Below, one piece after another: positions 1 to 8,099 of a stretch of 55,515 bases of DNA; positions within the stretch are counted from its first letter, which is position 1, and every line of letters starts with the position of its first letter. The notes below the pieces were generated by a model, which was not told where the DNA came from, did no database searches, and worked only from the letters and a program-made list of their open reading frames with translations. The stretch comes from Myxococcota bacterium. GTDB taxonomy: Bacteria > Myxococcota_A > UBA9160 > PR03. The stretch spans positions 1 to 55,515 of the forward strand of contig JANQRO010000445.1 in NCBI GenBank assembly GCA_028284525.1, read 5' to 3'. The translations under genes and the position numbers were made by a program.

Positions 1-1
1 G

Positions 2-88
2 GCGACGGCGCTCTCTGCCGCCGGCGTCCCGCTCCCGGCGCGGCTCGAGGGCCAGCCGATCGCGGCTCTGGAGCGCTGCGACGGCTGA
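2..88 (+). CDS. 3' end of an unidentified CDS entering from upstream of the window (partial)
   Basis: Open frame from the window edge to TGA at 86-88. Nearly every third codon position is G/C, as in the confident genes. Too short to assign a family. Confidence 0.3.
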   Translation, partial: ATALSAAGVPLPARLEGQPIAALERCDG

Positions 89-92
89 GCGA

Positions 93-929
93 CTACGCGA
101 CTGCGGGGGCCACGCGGGAGTCGAGGAACTCGACGACGCGGCGGTACTCGTCCGGGCCCGAGACGGCCTGGGTGTGGACGAGCTCGGTGGCCCCGGCGTC
201 GCGGTAGGCGCGCGCGAGGGCGATGGCCTCGTCGGGGGTCTCGATCGGCAAGGTCTTCATCGCGACGACCTCCATCGGGCCGCGGCCCGATGCGCGCGCG
301 CGCGCCTCGAGCTCCTGGATCTGTCCCTCGAGGTCGGCCGGATCCACGCCGACGGGCATCCAGCCGTCCCCCCGCGCGGCGGCGCGGCCGATCGCCACAG
401 ACGCCGAGCCCCCGATGAGAAAGGGCGGCCGCTCGGGCCGCGGCGCGAACCGGAGCGGCTGGCCGTTGGACTCGATCACGTCGTTCTCGAAGCAGTGGTG
501 GAGGAAGTCGATGCCCTCGTCCATCAGCGCACCGCGCTTGCTGCGATCGACGCCGAGGGCGCGGAACTCCTCCGCCATCCATCCGACACCGACCCCGAGG
601 AGCAGACGCCCTTCGCACAGGGTCTGCACGCTCGCGATCGCCTTGGCGTTGAGGAGCTTCGGCCGGTAGGGCAGCAGCAAGACGGCCGTGCCGAGCTTCA
701 CCCGCTCGGTGCAGCCGGCGAGGAAGCCGAGGGCGGCGAGCGGATCGAGGATCACCGACGCCTCCTCGGGGATGTCGATCTCCCCCGTCTCTCGACGGGG
801 CGGAAAGCCGACGTGATCGTTGATCCAGATCGAATGGAGCGCCGAGTCGTCGGCGGCCCGGGCGCAGGCCATCATCGCCTTGCGGTGGGCCTGCTCTCCC
901 CAGTTGCGCAGATTCATCCCGAGCTTCAT
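93..929 (-). CDS. Luciferase-like (LLM class) flavin/F420-dependent oxidoreductase
   Basis: 278-aa ORF with typical LLM features (..SIWINDHV.., ..LGVGVGW..EEF..G.., ..PPFLIGG..). The start overlaps the upstream GST stop by 4 nt. Confidence 0.85.
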   Translation of the reverse strand: MKLGMNLRNWGEQAHRKAMMACARAADDSALHSIWINDHVGFPPRRETGEIDIPEEASVILDPLAALGFLAGCTERVKLGTAVLLLPYRPKLLNAKAIASVQTLCEGRLLLGVGVGWMAEEFRALGVDRSKRGALMDEGIDFLHHCFENDVIESNGQPLRFAPRPERPPFLIGGSASVAIGRAAARGDGWMPVGVDPADLEGQIQELEARARASGRGPMEVVAMKTLPIETPDEAIALARAYRDAGATELVHTQAVSGPDEYRRVVEFLDSRVAPAVA

Positions 930-1570
930 GGGCGGCCCTCCAGCGGGGACCCGGCCCCGCGATCCGGAAGCGATGTCTGAAACGCCGGCCGGGCGCTGAG
1001 ACGCTGGTAGTAGGCGTTGACACGCGGGAACGCCTCGAGGGCGGTCCAGGCCCGCCCGAGGTGCAGGCTGTAGCCGACCGCGACATCCACGGCGGAGAAG
1101 CCGCTGGCGAGCAGATACTCACGATCTCGAAGGGTTGTGTCGACGACTTCGATCGATTTCTCGAGCCGTTTCGATTCGAGCTTCTGGACCAGCGGCGAAC
1201 GCTGGGCGTCGTCCTGGATGACGATGAACTGCTGGACCAGGCTCGCCCCGTGCACCGCGATCGTCTCGGCGTAGTGGAGCCACTGGAGCCATTCCGCGCG
1301 CTCGGGGTGGTCGGCCGAGCGACCCAGCCCCGCCGGGTCGTAGGTCTCGCAGAGGTACTGGGTGATGGCCCCGGACTCGAAGAGCTTGGTCCCGCCGTCG
1401 ATCAGACACGGCACCCGACCCAGCGGGTGGATCGCGAGGTATTCGGGGGTGCGCAAGGCCCTCGTGTCGAAGGGCATCACGACGAGTTCGAACTCGAGAC
1501 CGAGCTCGTGGAGGAGCCAGAGCGAGCGCATCGATCGCGCTTCGTGGCAGTGGTAGAGGGTGATCGCCAC
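926..1570 (-). CDS. Glutathione S-transferase family protein
   Basis: 214 aa. N-terminal thioredoxin-like GST fold motifs (..YLAIHPLGRVPCL.., ..LFESGAITQYL..) plus a helical C-terminal domain. Confidence 0.85.
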   Translation of the reverse strand: MAITLYHCHEARSMRSLWLLHELGLEFELVVMPFDTRALRTPEYLAIHPLGRVPCLIDGGTKLFESGAITQYLCETYDPAGLGRSADHPERAEWLQWLHYAETIAVHGASLVQQFIVIQDDAQRSPLVQKLESKRLEKSIEVVDTTLRDREYLLASGFSAVDVAVGYSLHLGRAWTALEAFPRVNAYYQRLSARPAFQTSLPDRGAGSPLEGRP

Positions 1571-1577
1571 GTCCGCC

Positions 1578-1946
1578 CTAGCCCCCGGCCCGTTTCACCG
1601 TGTAGCCGCGACGCTGGAGCTCCTCGACCAGGGTGTCGCGGTGATCCCCCTGGATCTCGATCACCCCGTCCTTCACGGCGCCGCCGCTCCCACATCGGCG
1701 CTTGAGCTCGCCGGCGAGCTCGTTCAGTGCGTCCCCGACGAGCGGCACCCCGCTGGCCGTGGTGACGGTCTTGCCGCGACGCCCCTTCGACTCGCGCCGG
1801 ACCCGCACCACGCCGTCGCCCGCGGGCGCGCGATCGCCGCGGGGGTTCTTCCGACATACACAGCGCTTGACCGGATGGCCGCACAGACGACACATCGAAC
1901 CGCGATCGCTCGAGTAGACCAGGTTCCCGGAATTGCGGCGTTTCAC
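1578..1946 (-). CDS. yciH: Translation initiation factor SUI1/YciH family protein
   Basis: 122 aa. C-terminal ..GDGVVRVRRESKGRRGKTVT..CGSGGAVKDGVIEIQGDHRD..KRAGG closely matches my recollection of E. coli YciH. Confidence 0.9.
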   Translation of the reverse strand: MKRRNSGNLVYSSDRGSMCRLCGHPVKRCVCRKNPRGDRAPAGDGVVRVRRESKGRRGKTVTTASGVPLVGDALNELAGELKRRCGSGGAVKDGVIEIQGDHRDTLVEELQRRGYTVKRAGG

Positions 1947-2017
1947 CCTTTGCGCGACCCTTCCTACCGCTCGGTACCCCCTCCCCGAGCCGACGCAACA
2001 CGAGAAGATAGAACGTC

Positions 2018-2818
2018 ATGGCCGACCTGCAGTGGAGCGATGAGCGAGTCCGGGTGGGCGACACCCATCTGGTGGTGCAGAAGGCGGGGAGCGGCCCGCC
2101 CGTGGTGATCCTCCACGAAGAGCTTGGCTGCCCTGGTACCTGCAGCTGGCAGGAGACGTTGGCGGAGAGCCACACGCTGCTCGTTCCCCAGCATCCCGGA
2201 TTCGGACGCACCGACCGCGCCGAGTGGCTGACCGGCGTGCGCGACCTCGCGTGCTTCTACGCCATGTACCTGCGCGAGCAGGGTCTCACCCCGGCGTCGG
2301 TGATCGGCTTCTCGTTCGGCGGGTGGATCGCCGCCGAGATGGCCGCCAACGACCCCTCGCTCTTCTCGAAGCTGGTGCTCGTGGGCGCCTTCGGCATCAA
2401 GCCGCCGGATCACGAAGAGATCCTCGACATGTTCATGCTCACCGCCGACGCCTATTTGCGGCACTCGGTGGTGAATCCGTCGCAGACCGAGGAGTTCGTC
2501 AAGCTCTACGGGGCCGAGATCACCGAGGAGCAGTTCGCCGCCTTCGACGAAGCCCGCGCCGAAGCCGCTCGCCTCGCGTGGAAGCCCTACATGTTCAACC
2601 CGAGTCTCCCGCACCTGCTCGAGGCCGCCGGCGACGTCGACACCCTGCTCTTGTGGGGCGACCGCGACCTGATCGCCCCGCCGAGCATCGGTGAGGCCTA
2701 CAAACACGCGCTCTCGCGCTCGCGCCTGGTGCGCTTCTCCCAGAGCGGCCACCGACCGGAGATCGAGAAGCGAGACGAGTTCATGTCCGCGCTACAGGAA
2801 TTTCTCAGCGCGAGCTGA
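2018..2818 (+). CDS. Alpha/beta-fold hydrolase
   Basis: 266 aa. Nucleophile elbow GFSFGG, a ..VVILHE.. oxyanion region and a C-terminal ..SGHRPEIE.. His motif. Confidence 0.85.
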   Translation: MADLQWSDERVRVGDTHLVVQKAGSGPPVVILHEELGCPGTCSWQETLAESHTLLVPQHPGFGRTDRAEWLTGVRDLACFYAMYLREQGLTPASVIGFSFGGWIAAEMAANDPSLFSKLVLVGAFGIKPPDHEEILDMFMLTADAYLRHSVVNPSQTEEFVKLYGAEITEEQFAAFDEARAEAARLAWKPYMFNPSLPHLLEAAGDVDTLLLWGDRDLIAPPSIGEAYKHALSRSRLVRFSQSGHRPEIEKRDEFMSALQEFLSAS

Positions 2819-2835
2819 GCGAGGAGGACGGTTCC

Positions 2836-4167
2836 ATGCATATGATGTGGTTCACGGAGCGGGCCTATCACGAAGAAGACCCCGCGAAGAGCCGAGCGCT
2901 CGAAGACGAGATCATTCGCAAGCGGAGCTTCTACAACACCCCGAACGATTTCTTCGACCGCCAGACCGGCGCCGACCTCCTCAACATGTACATCGACGAG
3001 AAGGTGTGGTCGGAGGAGAACCTCCCCGAGTTCGACGGGGTGATGCTGAACGAGCACCACGGAACGCCCTTCTGTCTGGGCTCCGTGATGAACGTCGAGG
3101 CGGCCATCCTGGCCAAGGCCACCAACCGCTTCAAGATCGCCCTGCTGGGCAATCCGATCCCGACCGTCCACAGCCCGCTGCGCCTCGCCGAAGAGCTCGC
3201 GATGATCGACCTCTTCTCCGAGGGTCGTCTGGTGCCGGGCTGGGTGCGTGGCGCCGGCTGCGAGCAGCTCGCCAACGGGGCCAACCCGGCCTTCAACCGC
3301 GAGCTCTTCGAGGAGGGCCACGACCTCATCCTCAAGTGCTGGACCTCGCCCGGCCCCTTCCGCTGGGAGGGCAAGCACTACCACTACCGGCACGTGAACC
3401 CCTGGGCCAAGCCCTACCAGGAGCCTCACCCGCAGATGTGGATCCCCGGGTTGGTGAGCCCGGATACCGCCCGTTGGTGCGCGCAAAAGCGCTATCCGTA
3501 CGTGGCGTTGGCTACCTATCCCGAACCTACGGCTGAGCTTTGGAACATCTACGCCGAGGAGGCGGCCAAGGAGGGCTACCAAGCGGGTCCGGAGAACTTC
3601 GGATACCTCCAGCCGATCTTCGTGGGCGACACCCAGGAGCACGCCGAGGAGATGGGCAAACGCTTCCTCTACGGCGGTCATTTCGCCCACTTCGCGCGGC
3701 CCGAGTGGATGTTCCCACCCGGGTACAACTCCAAGGAGGCGACCGCGCGTCTGGCGCGCCAGTTCGCCAACCCGAACCTGCCCGGTCGCTCGATGGTCGG
3801 CGACTGGACCGAGGACGAGAACGTCGACGACGTGCGGGACAAGATCTACGCCCGCTTCCCCGAAGCCCAGGAAGACCTCCAGATGATCGCCGGCACCCCG
3901 GACTACGTGATCCCGCGGGTGAAGAAGGTGATGGAGGTCCTGCGGCCGGGGATCTTCTCGTTCTGGATCGATGGCCCGGTGCCGCGCAAGGATCGTCAGC
4001 GCTGTGTCGAGCTGCTCGGCACCGAGGTGATCCCCGCACTGCGCGAGTACGGCCGCGAGCTCGGGCTGAAGTCACCCTTCGAGCGCAAGCCCGGCTCGGT
4101 GCCGATCAACCCGAGTGGGATTCCCGAGAAGGTCGCCTGGCCGGAGGCCTTCGACGGCAAGTACTAG
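2836..4167 (+). CDS. Luciferase-like (LLM class) monooxygenase, long form
   Basis: 443 aa. ..VMLNEHHGTPF.., ..LAEELAMIDLFSEGRL.. and ..HPQMWIPG.. are typical of LLM enzymes. Confidence 0.85.
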   Translation: MHMMWFTERAYHEEDPAKSRALEDEIIRKRSFYNTPNDFFDRQTGADLLNMYIDEKVWSEENLPEFDGVMLNEHHGTPFCLGSVMNVEAAILAKATNRFKIALLGNPIPTVHSPLRLAEELAMIDLFSEGRLVPGWVRGAGCEQLANGANPAFNRELFEEGHDLILKCWTSPGPFRWEGKHYHYRHVNPWAKPYQEPHPQMWIPGLVSPDTARWCAQKRYPYVALATYPEPTAELWNIYAEEAAKEGYQAGPENFGYLQPIFVGDTQEHAEEMGKRFLYGGHFAHFARPEWMFPPGYNSKEATARLARQFANPNLPGRSMVGDWTEDENVDDVRDKIYARFPEAQEDLQMIAGTPDYVIPRVKKVMEVLRPGIFSFWIDGPVPRKDRQRCVELLGTEVIPALREYGRELGLKSPFERKPGSVPINPSGIPEKVAWPEAFDGKY

Positions 4168-4242
4168 GCCGAGACCGCCACCATCAGAGGGGACCGGGTG
4201 GACGCGCACCGCTCGGCCCCTACTGTCACGAGGGGGCCCATC

Positions 4243-5058
4243 ATGGAGTCGACGACCACCGTCGAAGCCAAAGTCCGGTATATGCACCCGAGATTCGCCG
4301 ACTCCGCGGCGATCCCGGAGATCGGCAACCGGGACACCCGCCGCGCCAATACGGCCGTGCATTTCGTCGATGTCCACGACGCCCGGCCCCTCGCCGAGCG
4401 AGGCTCGCTCGGGCTCGACACGACGGGGTTCGTCCTGGAGTCCTTCGACCCGACGTTGCGGGACTTCACGAGCCCCGACGTCATCGCGCAGCGCTACCAC
4501 CCGGAGATCGTCGAGCTCATGGGCACGCTCACGGGAGCGAGCCACGTGATCATGATGGGCCACGTCGTGCGCACCGAGACGCCCCTCGACTTCAACAACG
4601 CCTACGCGCGCTTCGTCCACTGCGACTACACCCCCGCCAACGCGCAGGCGATCGCCAAGGGGGTGCTCGAGGAGCAGGGCTCCGACCTCGATCCCGACGC
4701 CTGGGACTTCGTCTGGTACAACACCTGGCAGCCCTTCGACCGCGAGGTGCAGCAGAACCCGCTCACGCTGATCGACGTGACGACCCTCGAGGACGGCGAT
4801 CTGCGCGAATACCTCTACACCGGCGACGGTGGGGCCAACGTCTCGCTCATGCCGGTGCACCGCGAGCAGCACCGCTTCTACTTCTTCCCGCGCATGCAGA
4901 CCGACGAGGTCATGGTCTTCAAGCAGCTCGAGACGCGGCCCGGCGCGGGGCTGCCCTGCCCGCACACGTCCTTCGACGACGTCACCGCGCCCGACGATGC
5001 CCTCGGCCGCCGGAGCGTCGAGACGCGGCTGATCTGCGCCTTCCCCAAAGGGGGCTAG
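4243..5058 (+). CDS. CmcJ/NvfI-like oxidoreductase family protein
   Basis: Start taken at ATG 4243, with GAGGGGG about 7 nt upstream; the ORF track starts at GTG 4198. The pattern ..V.FVDVHDAR..LD..GF.L......DF......Y..E...L....TGA..V....H..R.. resembles the CmcJ/NvfI family as I recall it. Confidence 0.7.
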   Translation: MESTTTVEAKVRYMHPRFADSAAIPEIGNRDTRRANTAVHFVDVHDARPLAERGSLGLDTTGFVLESFDPTLRDFTSPDVIAQRYHPEIVELMGTLTGASHVIMMGHVVRTETPLDFNNAYARFVHCDYTPANAQAIAKGVLEEQGSDLDPDAWDFVWYNTWQPFDREVQQNPLTLIDVTTLEDGDLREYLYTGDGGANVSLMPVHREQHRFYFFPRMQTDEVMVFKQLETRPGAGLPCPHTSFDDVTAPDDALGRRSVETRLICAFPKGG

Positions 5059-5125
5059 CCTCGATCTAGGGTCTTCGGCCTAATCTAGGTGTGGCGCCCT
5101 AATTTAGGTTTCGTAACCTAATCGG
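5059..5125 (+). promoter_or_regulatory. Putative operator/promoter: four CCT-N-ATCTAGG-like boxes at 19-20 bp spacing, directly upstream of tetR
   Basis: cctcgatctagg (5059), cctaatctagg (5079), cctaatttagg (5098, a perfect 5-1-5 palindrome) and cctaatcgg (5117, abutting ATG 5126). The region is a local AT-rich island in a GC-rich genome. Confidence 0.4.
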
Positions 5126-5788
5126 ATGGAGCCGCTTCCGGTCCCGGCGGGCCGTCCGAAGACACGGGACCGCATCCTCGACGTGAGCCTCGCCCTCTTC
5201 AACGGGCTGGGCTTTGCCAACACGTCGATCGCACGGATCGCGGAGTCGGCCGGGATCGCGACGGGCAACCTCTGGTACCACTTCCACACGAAGGAAGACC
5301 TCCTCCTCGGCCTGAGCGAGCGCTTCAGCGACCGACTCGCCACCCGTCTCGAGGCCGCGCGCGTGCCCGGGTCGGTGCTCGAGAACTACGTCGCGCTGAT
5401 CCACGGGGTGATCCAGGACACCTGGGCATTCCGCTTCCTCCTGCGCGACCGGCTCCAGTTCGCCGGGTTCGACCCCGCCAAGACCCTCGAGCACGTGGCC
5501 GACGCCCACTACGCCCGGCTCCGCGAGCTGCTCGAGCAGATGCGCGACCAGGGTCGCTTCCGCGGCGACGGCCCCGACCTCGCCGTGCTCGAGACCAACC
5601 TGTGGATCGTGATCCGCTACTGGAGCGACCACCTCCAAGAGCGCGAGGGCGTCGAGCAGATGACCTGGGAGGACCAGGAGCGCGGCTTTCAGCAACACCT
5701 CGCGGTCCTCACGCCCCACCTCGGCGCGGAGGCCCGACGCGAGCTCGACGCGGCGGTGAGCACCATCTCGGAGCGCCACGGTGCGTAG
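5126..5788 (+). CDS. TetR/AcrR family transcriptional regulator
   Basis: 220 aa. N-terminal HTH ..RDRILDVSLALFNGLGFANTSIARIAESAGIATGNLWYHFHTKEDLL... Confidence 0.9.
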   Translation: MEPLPVPAGRPKTRDRILDVSLALFNGLGFANTSIARIAESAGIATGNLWYHFHTKEDLLLGLSERFSDRLATRLEAARVPGSVLENYVALIHGVIQDTWAFRFLLRDRLQFAGFDPAKTLEHVADAHYARLRELLEQMRDQGRFRGDGPDLAVLETNLWIVIRYWSDHLQEREGVEQMTWEDQERGFQQHLAVLTPHLGAEARRELDAAVSTISERHGA

Positions 5789-8099
5789 CCAGGCGCGTCG
5801 CGACGAGCTCGTGGTGGCCTACGCGCGCTGGGTGATCCGCTGGCGTTGGCCGGTGTTGCTCGCGGTGGCGCTCGCCGCCGGCGCGGCGATCTCCGGCGGG
5901 CGATACACCCAGTTCATCGCGAGCTACAAGTACCACTTCGGGCCCGAGAACCCACAGCTCGCGGCCTTCATCGACCTCGAGAACACCTACACGCGAAACG
6001 ACAACCTGCTCTTCGTCGTGGCGCCCACCGAGGGCGACGTGTTCCAGCCCGAGGCCCTCGACGCGGTCCTCTGGCTGACCGAGCAGGGCTGGCAGCTTCC
6101 GTACTCGATCCGCGTCGACTCGATCTCCAATTTTCAACACACCTGGGCGGACGAGGACGATCTGATCGTCGAGGACCTCGTCGAGGACACCGAAGGCCTC
6201 GGGCCCGAGGAGCTGGACCGCATCCGCGACGTCGCCCTCGCCGAGCCACTGCTGCGTGGCAAGCTGGTCGCCCCGGACGCCAAGGCCACCGGCGTGAACG
6301 TCACGATCCAGCTCCCGGAGAGCGGTGGCGAGATCGAAGCCACCGCGGCGGCGTTGGCGATGGTCGCCGAGCTCCGCGAGCGGCACCCGGCGCTCCGCAT
6401 CGCCCTCACCGGGACCGTGGCGCTGTCGAACGCCTTCGAGACCAGTGCCCAGGGCGACATCGCCCGGCTGGTGCCCCTGATGGGCCTCGCGTTGGTGGTG
6501 GCGATGGTCGTCTTCCTGCACTCCCTGTCGGCGACCGTGGTGACGCTCCTCGTGACGGTCCTGGCGACCGCGACCGGGATGGGTCTCTCCGGTTGGCTCG
6601 GGATCCCGATCACGGCGATCTCCGCGAACGCGCCCACCATCATCCTGACGATCGCGATCGCGAACGGGGTCCACATCCTCGTCACCATGACCAAGGAGCA
6701 GGAGCGCGGTCTCGAACACAACGACGCCCTGGTCGAGAGCCTTCGTCTCAACTGGCAGCCGGTCTTTCTCTGTAGCCTCACCACGATCATCGGCTTCATG
6801 AGCCTCAATTCGAGCGACATTCCGTCGTTCCACGACCTGGGCAACATGACCGCGCTGGGGGTGGCCTCGGCCTGGGTCTACTCGGTCACCCTCCTCCCGG
6901 CGTTGACCTCGCTCCTCCCCCACCCGGTCAAGACGCGCCGCGCGCGCGGGGGGCCGAGCATGGAGCGCTTCGCCGAATGGCTCATCGTCCACCGCCGCGG
7001 TGTGCTGGCCTCGTGTGTCGCTGCGATCGTGGTGTCGGTCGCGCTGATCCCGCGTATCGAGATCAACGACATGTTCGTGCGCTATTTCGACCCGGCGATG
7101 GAGTTCCGCCAGGACACGGACTTCACCTCGGCGAACCTCACCGGGATCTACATGGTCCACTTCTCGGTCGGCGCGGGGGAAGACCAGGGCGTGAGCGAGC
7201 CCGGCTATCTCGAGCGGCTCCAGGGCTTCGCCACGTGGCTGCGGGAGCAGCCGGAGGTGAGCCACGTCAGCACCTTGTCCGACACGATGAAGCGGCTCAA
7301 CAAGAACCTCCACGGCGACGACGAGAGCTACTACCGGCTCCCCGAGAATCGGGAGCTCGCGGCGCAATACCTGCTCCTCTACGAGATGTCCCTGCCCTAC
7401 GGCCTCGACCTGAACAACCAGATCGACATCTCGAAGTCGTCGACCAAGGTGACCGCGACCCTCTACGAGATCTCGACCCGCGAGATGCTCGCGTTCACCG
7501 CGCGCGCCGAGGCGTGGCTGCGGGATCACACCCCGGAGGCGATGCACACCCACGGCTCGGGGCTCACCACGATGTTCTCCAACCTGGCGTACCGCAACGT
7601 AGTTAGCATGTTGGGGGGCACCGGGATGGCCTTTGGGCTGATCGCGCTGATCCTGATGCTCTCGCTCCAGAGCCTGCGTCTCGGCTTGCTGAGCCTGGTT
7701 CCGAACATCGTGCCGACGGTCTTCGCCTTTGGCGTGTGGGCGCTCCTCTCGGGCGTCGTCGGGATGTCGGTGGGCACGGTGGTGGCGTCGAGTCTCGGCA
7801 TCATCGTCGACGCCACCGTGCATTTCCTGAGCAAATACCTGCGCGCGCGACGCGAGCAGGACGCGTCCTCCGAGGACGCCGTGCGGTACGCGCTCTCCAC
7901 CGTCGGGAGCGCGCTCTGGATCACCTTTCTGATCCTGATCGCCGGGTTCACGGTCCTCTCGCTCTCGACCTTCAAGATGAACGCGGACTTTGGCCTGCTG
8001 GTGGCGATCACCATCGCGTGCGCGCTGGTCGCCGACTTCCTGTTGCTCCCGACCTTGCTGATGCGTCTCGACCGGCGAAGGAGCGCCTCCCGTGCATGA
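5781..8099 (+). CDS. RND-superfamily permease, MMPL/HAE3-like type (paralog 1)
   Basis: 772 aa. Two repeated halves, each with a soluble loop followed by a hydrophobic block (..APTIILTIAIANGVHIL.. / ..LGIIVDATVHFLSKY..). GTG start overlaps the tetR stop by 8 nt. Confidence 0.9.
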   Translation: MRSQARRDELVVAYARWVIRWRWPVLLAVALAAGAAISGGRYTQFIASYKYHFGPENPQLAAFIDLENTYTRNDNLLFVVAPTEGDVFQPEALDAVLWLTEQGWQLPYSIRVDSISNFQHTWADEDDLIVEDLVEDTEGLGPEELDRIRDVALAEPLLRGKLVAPDAKATGVNVTIQLPESGGEIEATAAALAMVAELRERHPALRIALTGTVALSNAFETSAQGDIARLVPLMGLALVVAMVVFLHSLSATVVTLLVTVLATATGMGLSGWLGIPITAISANAPTIILTIAIANGVHILVTMTKEQERGLEHNDALVESLRLNWQPVFLCSLTTIIGFMSLNSSDIPSFHDLGNMTALGVASAWVYSVTLLPALTSLLPHPVKTRRARGGPSMERFAEWLIVHRRGVLASCVAAIVVSVALIPRIEINDMFVRYFDPAMEFRQDTDFTSANLTGIYMVHFSVGAGEDQGVSEPGYLERLQGFATWLREQPEVSHVSTLSDTMKRLNKNLHGDDESYYRLPENRELAAQYLLLYEMSLPYGLDLNNQIDISKSSTKVTATLYEISTREMLAFTARAEAWLRDHTPEAMHTHGSGLTTMFSNLAYRNVVSMLGGTGMAFGLIALILMLSLQSLRLGLLSLVPNIVPTVFAFGVWALLSGVVGMSVGTVVASSLGIIVDATVHFLSKYLRARREQDASSEDAVRYALSTVGSALWITFLILIAGFTVLSLSTFKMNADFGLLVAITIACALVADFLLLPTLLMRLDRRRSASRA

